The translations under genes and the position numbers were made by a program. 20,000 nt of DNA from Catajapyx aquilonaris (taxonomy: Eukaryota). Under the pieces are notes generated by a model. The model ran no database searches. It was not told the origin of the DNA and saw only the letters and a list, made by a program, of their open reading frames with translations. The DNA lies in NCBI GenBank assembly GCA_000934665.2, contig KZ538408.1, positions 56,198 through 76,197 of the forward strand, in the 5' to 3' direction. Positions 12,201 to 20,000 of the stretch are shown here, one piece after another (the stretch's first letter is position 1; each line of letters begins with the position of its first letter).

Positions 12201-15200
12201 GTGGCAAAGCTTTCACCTTGTCAATTAGCAGGGATTTGTTGGGGTGAACTTTGAACCAAACTTGTAAGGGGGTACAGAAAGTGCTTTGCCCCTCCCGTCG
12301 TAAAAAGAATATTTTATGAGCTCACTTCCGCAGACGAAGGCAGTCAGGATGCTCATTCGAGGGTGAAGAGGGGGGCTTTCATCAGCTGATTTCCGCACAT
12401 GCCAAGAGTTCAATGAGTCGTGGAGCTTGGAAGAATGACCTTTGGTTCTGTAGGACAAGGGGAGGTGTAGTTATTTCCTGCGTGGTAATCATGTGGCAAA
12501 ACCGTCTCATATTATATTGGTCTAGGGCCAAAGACACCATTGGTAGGAGCTAGTATGGAACACTTGAAAATTTGTAGCGAGAGGCTGCTGTTTAAGACAG
12601 GATTTGAAAGCATGTTTTCGATAATAGTTGTAAATAATTAAAAAGACAATAGTTGGGTGACTTATTTTTGTATTGTCTCTGGGATGAGTGTATTACATCA
12701 TCATCTCATTTTTTAAAAGATTACGACCCCTCCTCCTCTTATGTTATCATTTTTACTACTCCCCTGTCATCCCACCAGGCCATTTTTCAAGTGTAAAATG
12801 TTATTTGTTATTGTTTTTTTTAAAGATATGCTCCCAAAGTAGGTTTTGAATGTGTGAGGGAAAAGTTGCACAAAATAGTTGTAATGTGTAAACAATATGA
12901 ATGCATCAACACTTGCTTCGCTTCCTCTCTATTCCCCTGTCATCTGTGATCAGGTGACAACTTCCCACCTGGTAGATGTTGTAAACATGGACAACCTTAG
13001 GCAAGGAGGAAAGGAAGGTAAAAGAAAGTAGTTGGACTGTGCTTCCAGCTAGAAAATTTGAAAATCGTTACTAAATACATGTAATATAAGGCGAGTGTTG
13101 TGGGGTGTAGGTTTTGCTCTGATATTGATTCCCTTAAAAGTGGGAGAAGGTTTGGAACTTCCCACCAAGTCACTTCTGCTCAAGGAGCTCTTTAAAGATT
13201 CCAGTTAAATTTCGGAACTTGTAAAATGTGCACATGTCAGCAAACTATTCTCCAGGTCTATGACTTCTCTACTACCATATATTAGTAGCATGTCTTGCAA
13301 GGGCAGAAAGAACCATTTGAGAAGATCTGGTTATGATATTTCATGAAATTAGTCGATTGTAGCCGATACAAATGGAAAATTTCTGATTTTTGTATAATAC
13401 AAGGGAACTTGAAAGAACATTCTTAAGTCGAAGTTCCTGGTTACAAGATGATAATTCAACATCTACAGCTTGAAGTTCTCTCTCTTAACGCACTCCATAA
13501 CCTGACTGCTGGCAATACTTTATATGGAATTAATTAATTTTTTTTCTCTTTCCCATAAGTTGAAGTTTGTGCCAGATTTGGGTATAGGTGTTAACACTGG
13601 ACTGCTTGAGTGTTAAAGGCAGGATTGAATCGCGAGAGAGATGAAGTGACATTTTTGCATCGCTAGTGACATGAAAATCACTTACCGTATTCATAGCTAA
13701 AATCATCATACATGTATTGCAAGAGATTGTGGACTTTTCCACTATCAAATTGAGATGTGGAACTATTTAGGGGCTACTTTTTTGTTTTTACCATTAATCA
13801 ATGTAAATGTCCTTATACAGTTTTGTATTGTGATGTCATCAAGCATCTCTAACCTGAATCTTCCATAGCTGTAAGTTTAAAAAAATGGTCCATTGGAGAT
13901 TCGAGGAAGTTCCACAGTACATAATTATGTATTACATAATAAGAAATGTTCCCTTAATAAGTAATATTGATCGAATTACTTTCTTTTCAGGCATTTTCCC
14001 CAAACCACAAGTATGTGGTGTCAGTTGGCTCCCAACATGACATGATTGTGAATGTGTGGGATTGGAAGAACAATGTGAAGGTAGCCTCAAACAAAGTGTC
14101 AAGTAAAGTGAAGGCCATATCCTTTGCTGAAAATGGCAGCTACTTTGTTACCGTGGGCAACAGGCACGTCAAGTTCTGGTACCTGCAGTATTCCCGTTCA
14201 TCTAAGTACAAGGATCCTGTGCCCATCATGGGGCGATCAGCCATCTTGGGTGAACAGAGGAACAACTATTTTTGCGATGTTGGGTGCGGACGAGGGGAAA
14301 TGGGGGATTCCACATATGCCATCACCAAGTCAGGCCTCCTCTGTGAGTTCAACAATCGACGATTGCTGGACAAGTGGGTGGAACTAAGGGTGAGTTGGTC
14401 ATTCTCTTGCCTACTTTGGAACAGTGATGCATGAGTATTGGAAATTATATTGATATTTTAGTTTAAAAAAAAAAAAAAAAGGGTTTTGGACTTTTCTCGG
14501 GGTCAGTGATATGTAAGACATGGCTCTGAGAAATTTGAGCGCTCTCCGTACCCGGGAAGTGGCTTAATTAGGCGTGACATACATTAAACATATGTACAAA
14601 TATTGAGCTTTATATATATAGGGATATGTTGGGTTAGCTTGCATCTCCCTTCATCGCTGACTACCCCTCATAGGGAAATGTCGTGATGTTGTTGTTGTTG
14701 TTGTATATTGATATTTTGTGACATTGTTTTTCGTTATTTTACGATCCAAGCTAAATACAATTTACATTATCATCTTGCAGACTAGTAGTGCCAACTGCAT
14801 GGCTGTTGGTGAAGAATACATATTTGTGGGTTGTGCCCAGGGCATAGTGAGATGCTTCAGCCCCTTCACACTTCAGTTTGTTACTACCTTACCCAGGACA
14901 CACTACCTAGGCGTGGATGTTGCCATGGGTCTCACTATAAGGTCAGTATGATGCCCAAGTGTGATGAAAATTTGAAATCTCATATCTCTTCTTCACAGAA
15001 TTATCAATATTAGTGGAGAATTGGTGTGAAGAGTTGAATGGAAATTATTATCTTGCCCCCTTTTCCAGCCACATGGCATCTCATCCAAACAACGCCAAGT
15101 ATCCAGATGCCATAGCCATTGCCTTTGATGAGCAAAGCCACAAAGTGACATGCATTTACAACGACCACAGTGTGTATGTGTGGGATGTGAGGGATGTGAG

Positions 15201-17286
15201 GAGGGTGGGCAAGTCTCACTCCTTCCTCTATCATTCGGCTTGTATTTGGGGACTTGACATGGTCCCTGAGGTTGATCCAGGACATGAGGAAAATCACACT
15301 GCCAACCACCTTCCACCTGGATCATTTGCCACCTGCTCAAGTGATGATACTGTTAGAATATGGAACGTTGATTCCAATGTCTCTTTGGATACAGGGTTCA
15401 AGAGGAACATATACAGCAATGTGAGTTGGTCCTGTGTCTTGGATGATAATGGTCAAAGAAGTGACGTAGACTAACTTTGAGTATGGTCATAAGTAAAGTA
15501 TACTGTATATGATTACTTTTTTACCCAAGTCCTAAAGTGGATCAAATCAAGTTTTGCAAATATATTGAAACCCATGCTTGTGTTAACCCTCTCGCCGCCG
15601 CTACTCCCCCCGCATGATTCATGCATGACGTGATTGTATTTAAAAAATTCCATATCTCGCAAACGGCTCGTGTTAGCCCCATGCCGCCTATATCCTTCGA
15701 ACCGCATTGAATGGCTGCTCCCGCCAGATCTACTGCACTGCTCCCACAATCTGGGCCAGCCCCCCACAACTCCCTCTCTTTTCACGTGCGCTTAGCAAGT
15801 CCCCTATCCCGGGATGCGGAGCCCTGTACCAAATCGCATTCGGGTGGCTGGTACTGTGGATCTGAAAACTGGAACTGAATATGATTTGACACTGTAGGTA
15901 AGTCCAGTTCGGTTCAGAAGGCGTTTGCCCAAATGCGATTGAGTACAGGGCTCCACATCCTGGTATGCCGGACTTCACATCCGTGGATAGGGGACTTGCT
16001 AAGTGCACGGCCTTCCCCATATGGCTAGATAGGGAGTTGCGGGCGGCTGATCTAGGCCGTGTGTGGCATAGCAGCTACTCGGGTGTCAGAAAAAACGTAG
16101 CGGTGAAGTATATGGGTTTAAGAAACTATTCTATGCGAAATATCGCTTAGAAACCGATCTAATGAATGACTAGATTCCCACAATTGAGCTAGTCTTCATA
16201 CAATCTCTATCATTGCGCATAAAATCTTTTCAATATGGCCACCGGATGATGACGTCATACAAAAAAGTCTGACAAAAGACTTGAGTATGTGATTTTTGTG
16301 GTGGATTCTGCGTGTTTTGCTTGTGAATATGCCGAAAACCGCATTCTGTATGATTTATAGATTTTTTGTGAAAAATTCTCAAAGTATTTGCCCGTGCTGC
16401 ATGGACACGGCAGTGAGAGGGTTAAGTGATTTAATATGTGCACCATATTTTGTGCAAACAATAGGTGTAAATGGCACATCCATGTAAGGTGCATTTGCAT
16501 CATTTTCTAAAGGCATCTTCCAGTTTTGAACTGACATTGTTGTTCTGAATTAATAGCATAAAATTGGACTTAAATTTTTCATGAATTTCACAGGAGCTTC
16601 TTAAGATTATCTATGTGGATCCAGAACTGACCTACCTGAAGGACACTGACACTGTTAATGGTGGGGCTGACCAGCAGCAACAACAATCCCAACCCCAGGA
16701 GAATTCATATGATGGTTGCAACGGTGTTCGCTGCATCAGAATGAGCCCTGATGGGCGCCATTTGGCTTCTGGTGACCGTTCAGGAAACATCAGGATCCAC
16801 CTGCTCAGAGACTGGTCCGAGAAGTGCAAGATTGAGGCCCATGATGCTGAAGTTCTGTGCTTGGAGTATACACGTCGAGGGTGTGGCCATTCACTGTTGG
16901 CCACCGCCTCACGTGACCGACTAATACACGTGTTCGATGTTCTCAATGAATACCAGTTTGTTCAGACTCTGGATGACCACTCAAGCAGTATAACTGCGGT
17001 GCGGTTTGTGCATAGTGGTGGCCAGCTGCAGATGGTGTCAGGAGGGGCAGACAAGTCAATTATATTCAGGCAGCTGCAACTGGGTGGTGGTGGTGGATCA
17101 GCACAATTTGCAAGAGGGCACAATGCTGCTGTTAAGACAACACTTTATGACATGGAAGTGGATGCTGGTCAGAAGCATTTGCTGGCTGCTTGCCAGGATC
17201 GAAGTATCAGGATATATAATGTGTCAAGTGGAAAGCATAGCCGAAGTTTCAAGGGATCACCTGCAGAAGATGGAACACTCATCAAG
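9113..17286 (+). CDS. MAPKBP1/WDR62: Partial spliced CDS of a MAPKBP1/WDR62-family WD40-repeat protein, join(9113..9204,11663..11876,13991..14389,14781..14941,15069..15420,16594..17286); incomplete at both ends
   Basis: Six exons splice in frame (92+214+399+161+352+693 = 1911 nt) and all introns are GT-AG with matching phases. The translation has family motifs recognised from memory: [10 protein letters not shown]...[171 protein letters not shown]. Confidence 0.95.
11663..11876 (+). CDS. MAPKBP1/WDR62: MAPKBP1/WDR62 coding exon (214 nt): (G)[15 protein letters not shown]...GHKYGINCV
   Basis: Acceptor ttttctgtttAG at 11661-11662 and donor GTG|GTGAGT at 11877. Encodes the WD40 repeat [25 protein letters not shown] (ORF 11670+). 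Confidence 0.95.
13991..14389 (+). CDS. MAPKBP1/WDR62: MAPKBP1/WDR62 coding exon (399 nt): [13 protein letters not shown]...DKWVELR
   Basis: Acceptor tttcttttcAG at 13989-13990 and donor AGG|GTGAGT at 14390, phase 0/0. Lies within ORF 13967+. Confidence 0.96.
14460..14703 (+). mobile_element. Short non-LTR retroposon insertion (5'-truncated LINE 3' end or SINE-like) with (GTT)n tail
   Basis: Exact 14-bp direct repeat TATATTGATATTTT at 14446-14459 and 14704-14717. The insert ends in (GTT)5 immediately before the second copy. Confidence 0.72.
14781..14941 (+). CDS. MAPKBP1/WDR62: MAPKBP1/WDR62 coding exon (161 nt): [26 protein letters not shown]...GLTI(S)
   Basis: Acceptor catcttgcAG at 14779-14780 and donor AG|GTCAGT at 14942 (phase 2). 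Carries the motif [26 protein letters not shown]. Confidence 0.93.
15069..15420 (+). CDS. MAPKBP1/WDR62: MAPKBP1/WDR62 coding exon (352 nt): (S)[16 protein letters not shown]...FKRNIYSN
   Basis: Acceptor cccccttttccAG at 15067-15068 and donor AAT|GTGAGT at 15421. Motifs [21 protein letters not shown] and [12 protein letters not shown]. Confidence 0.94.
15587..16421. mobile_element. Non-autonomous piggyBac-like DNA transposon (835 bp)
   Basis: TTAA at 15583-15586 and 16422-16425. Termini are CCCTCTCGCCGCC ... GGCAGTGAGAGGG (11/13 inverted match, CCCT/AGGG ends). It has an internal inverted repeat and no transposase ORF. Confidence 0.82.
15785..16009. repeat. Internal inverted repeat of the piggyBac-like element (arms ~15785-15844 and ~15928-16009)
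   Basis: Left arm CGTGCGCTTAGCAAGTCCCCTATCC..GGATGCGGAGCCCTGTAC..AATCGCATTCGGG pairs with right arm CCCAAATGCGATT..GTACAGGGCTCCACATCC..[~21-nt insert]..GGATAGGGGACTTGCTAAGTGCACG. Confidence 0.88.
16594..17286 (+). CDS. MAPKBP1/WDR62: MAPKBP1/WDR62 coding exon (693 nt): [12 protein letters not shown]...EDGTLIK
   Basis: Acceptor atttcacAG at 16592-16593 and donor AAG|GTAATA at 17287. Encodes several WD40 repeats (ORF 16615+). Confidence 0.95.
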
Positions 17287-18331
17287 GTAATAGGTGGGCC
17301 CATTATTTGAGAGGCATTTGGAAATGAGTCAGAAGGTGAAATATATACGAGTGTTGACACCCATTATTGTGTGTTCAGCTTTTAAGCCCAATTAGATGGG
17401 TGTCATTTTGTATTTTGGATTAATTTTGGGAGACAGGAAGCATGATTTAGCATACATTGGGTTAGGGAAAATGGTGGCAAAGCTAACTGGAAAAATTAAT
17501 ATTTCTTTTTGTTGCACATGGGAGAAGATATCTGGTAAAATTGATGAATTATAACATGCTACTTAAGATGGCAAGAGAAATATAAACCTGTTTTTGAGGC
17601 AACTGGTGTCCACCAAAACAATGCTTGAGGCCTATTCACACACTTTTGTAGTCTTGCAGGAGCATATTTGGGGAAATGCAGCAAATTACATAGTGTGAGT
17701 GTTGACATGGTGTGGAATCTTGAGCCAGTATTATACTGAACTGTTCCACAAGAGTAATAGTGAGGTTCCCTAGTTTTTCATTTGGTTTGTAATGGCCATA
17801 GGCTCATGAAAATGTCAGCCTGAGGGCTGCTGGGATTATTGTAGGATGCTTAGTCTGAGAGACTGGACACATCTGCCCCACTATTAGACCAGCTTGACCA
17901 TGACACAAACTCAAAATGGGGGCCCTGTTTTTGAGCAATATAGTACATGGTGGTACATGGTCATCTGGCCATTACTACTGTTAAGGATATCATCACAGGT
18001 TAAGGAGTCTTGGAAATAAGAAATCCTGAAATGTGCGCTTTACCTTAATTTGGTCATCGTTGGAGTAATTTTTCTCAATGTGGGACTGGGTCGATTTTAA
18101 AGTTACATATGTTAAATTAAGCGCCTTTTCATGCTTGACCTAGCGATATAAGAACGGTTCACCTATCCTGAGCGGTTCAATCGCAACACATTTTATAATT
18201 AACGGAAAATCGCCCTATAGGTTACTCCCCATTATTTCATGTGTTGCGAGTGAACCGCTCGTAGTAGGTGAGCAGTTCTTATACCACTGTTATTCATGAA
18301 AAGACGCTTCTTTTAACATTTGTAACTTTAA

Positions 18332-18839
18332 CCCTTAACTACGTAGGTGGAGCCTGAGAGGCTCCAAGCACTATTTAAATGCATGTAACTTTTTCATTGA
18401 TTTTTATTTTCCCCTGTCCTTCCGTGACTTTGTCAGAAAAATCTTCCTAACCATGAAAAGGAAAGAATTTTTTTTAAAGTTCCTATTGTTTGGTTTAAAA
18501 AAATTCGTAACGAGGAACAGGTCCCTCCTGGAATCGCTCAGGCCGGCTCAGGCTCTATATCTCGTAGGTGAAGTCTGAGCGGCTCAAGCATGATGTAACC
18601 TTTTAATTAAGAATTTTTCCCTGTCGGAATATGCTGACTCAGCGTGTGATTTTTACGTTTTCGGAAGCCTAATGATCTGAACTGCACTTTCTGTATGTGA
18701 AAAGTCCAATATAACAATTTAGTTGATAAGCAGAAATTTAAATATACCGTTGGAGCCTCTCAGGCTCCACCTACGTAGTTAAAGGTGTTTCGCCCACCTA
18801 CGTAGTTAAAGGTGTTTCGCCCACCTACGTAGTTAAGGG
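18332..18839. mobile_element. Non-autonomous piggyBac-like element (508 bp) nested in the foldback MITE
   Basis: TTAA at 18328-18331 and 18840-18843. TIR CCCTTAACTACGTAGGTGG / CCACCTACGTAGTTAAGGG, extending to ~36 bp with the copy at 18750-18785. Removing the element and one TTAA restores colinearity with the host's left arm. Confidence 0.9.
18767..18839 (+). repeat. 27-bp tandem repeat (2.7 copies) of the right TIR: CCACCTACGTAGTTAAAGGTGTTTCGC
   Basis: Identical units at 18767-18793 and 18794-18820, plus a partial unit at 18821-18839 ending AAGGG. Confidence 0.95.
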
Positions 18840-19153
18840 TTAAAATCGACTCAGCGCCACATTGAGAAAAATGACTCCAAAGATGACCAAATTAAGGGAA
18901 AGTGCACATTTCAGGATTTGTTATTTCCAAGACTGCTTGACATGTGATGATGTCCTTCTATGGTAGTAATGGCCAGATACCTACCATGTATTAATTCCAC
19001 ACTCTTAGCATGTGTTTAACAATGGCATGGGACCATCTGAAATGTACCATTTTTGCACAATAATGCGAATTTTTTAGCATTTTAATTTTATGTGCTAGGT
19101 TAAAACTGTTGTCACCACAATGTTCCTCATCTCACGCAGGTTCATTTGATATA

Positions 19154-19600
19154 CAGGGTGAAGGGAAACTCGCCCAATCACCAGGTAGACTTATAGTACT
19201 CGCAAAATTAATATAGGGATGTGCAATTAGTTTTGGGCGCCGGTGCGTATTTAATGCGTAAAGCGCCTTTAAAGTGTAGAGGGCCAGGTGGCAAAATAGG
19301 AGGTAAAAACGACGAAGTGCGTGGGTGTTGCACGCGGATTCTTACTCTGACTGGATTTGATCGCCTATTGAACATGGTTGATGCGTTAGGAGACCAAGGC
19401 CCGATTATTCAGAGGCCCTCGAGCTGGCTTTTGCTTCTTTGAAACTGGTGGAACGGATGTGATGACACGAAACTTGAAAGGCGCAGTATGCATTAACTGT
19501 GCTGCGGCGCCCAAAACTAATTGCACATCCCTATATTAGTTTTGCGAGTAGGCTACTCTCAGTCTACCTGGCAATTGGGGGCGAGTTTCCCTTCACCCGG
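19154..19600. mobile_element. Tc1/mariner-type MITE (447 bp) with TA TSD and long TIRs (~120-135 bp)
   Basis: Ends are TA|CAGGGTGAAGGGAAACTCGCCC ... GGGCGAGTTTCCCTTCACCCGG|TA. Inner arm TACTCGCAAAA.TAATATAGGGATGTGCAATTAGTTTTGGGCGCCG pairs with CGGCGCCCAAAACTAATTGCACATCCCTATATTA.TTTTGCGAGTA. Confidence 0.88.
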
Positions 19601-19826
19601 TATATGAACATGGGGTTACAACAATTACTCCACCTGAAATAAATTGTCCTTCTGGCTCCATTGTTGCTGACAGATGTTGCCATATCACTGTGGGATTTTC
19701 ATCTGGGGGGCTCTAATTTTGTTTTTGGCGACAACTCATGGGTGTGTACGCACAGGATTTTTTATATCAGATTCTGAGATGGTCGAGCCACCAACTTGTC
19801 TGTCTTGACATGGAATGACCCATTTA

Positions 19827-20000
19827 CAGGGTGATTCTCTCAAATGGAAACCCAAACATTCCTCAATAACGTTTTAACTATGGTATGGTTCCCGATGAAA
19901 ATTAAGATGTACTTACCTTGTATCATGCCAAACAAGGTCTGACTAAAGAATATTCCGAAAGTGGTCCCCTCCAGCATCCAAGAATTTTTAAATGCGAGTC
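19827..20000. mobile_element. Possible left end of another Tc1/mariner-type element running off the window
   Basis: TA|CAGGGTGA at 19825, the same terminal 8-mer as the MITE at 19154. The partner end is not in the window. Confidence 0.4.

Larger units (their letters stand above)
17946..18988. mobile_element. Foldback/palindromic MITE (~530 bp when restored; probable TA TSD), interrupted by a nested piggyBac-like element
   Basis: The left arm (~17946-18199) is the reverse complement of ~18231-18331 plus ~18844-18988. Examples: ATCTGGCCATTACTAC/GTAGTAATGGCCAGAT and TCTTGGAAATAA.AAATCCTGAAATGTGC/GCACATTTCAGGATTT.TTATTTCCAAGA. The loop is ~30 nt and the ends are TA-CATGGT...ACCATG-TA. Confidence 0.85.

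Noticed and set aside
12680..12775. Short inverted match TGGGATGA...TCATCCCA around a MITE-like ACCCCTCCTCC core
   Set aside because: Only ~8 bp pair and there is no TSD. It could be a decayed element, but I cannot support the call.
14993..17360. Antisense and alternative-frame ORFs overlapping the exons (14993-15340, 15010-15309, 16632-16946, 17006-17290, 17169-17360)
   Set aside because: They are shadow ORFs of the real coding exons with no independent coding signal.
18767..18839. Repeat-spacer-repeat pattern resembling a mini CRISPR array
   Set aside because: The 'spacers' are identical 8-mers, the repeat is the transposon TIR tip, the context is a eukaryotic intron, and there are no cas genes.
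17287..20000. Search for the next exon (expected to begin roughly VxLDxSGxYxATSCxDK)
   Set aside because: I found no matching exon by eye. It presumably lies downstream of the window.

Overview
This is eukaryotic genomic DNA, most likely from an arthropod, judging by the protein sequence. It holds the 5' half of one plus-strand, intron-rich gene encoding a MAPKBP1/WDR62-family WD40 scaffold protein. Six coding exons join in frame with canonical GT-AG junctions: 9113-9204 (absent from the ORF track), 11663-11876, 13991-14389, 14781-14941, 15069-15420 and 16594-17286, giving 1911 nt or 637 codons. The gene continues beyond the window, and its start exon is uncertain; candidate short phase-0 first exons lie at 927, 2824 and 7481. 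The downstream introns carry several non-autonomous transposons: a retroposon remnant with a 14-bp TSD, two TTAA/piggyBac-type elements (one nested in a foldback MITE and with a triplicated right end), and TA-flanked Tc1/mariner-type MITEs. CpG content drops sharply at about 12.4 kb, consistent with germline gene-body methylation starting mid-gene. There is an assembly gap at 1494-1730. I found no evidence of a prokaryotic system, CRISPR array or RNA gene, and nothing I can call a new biological system.
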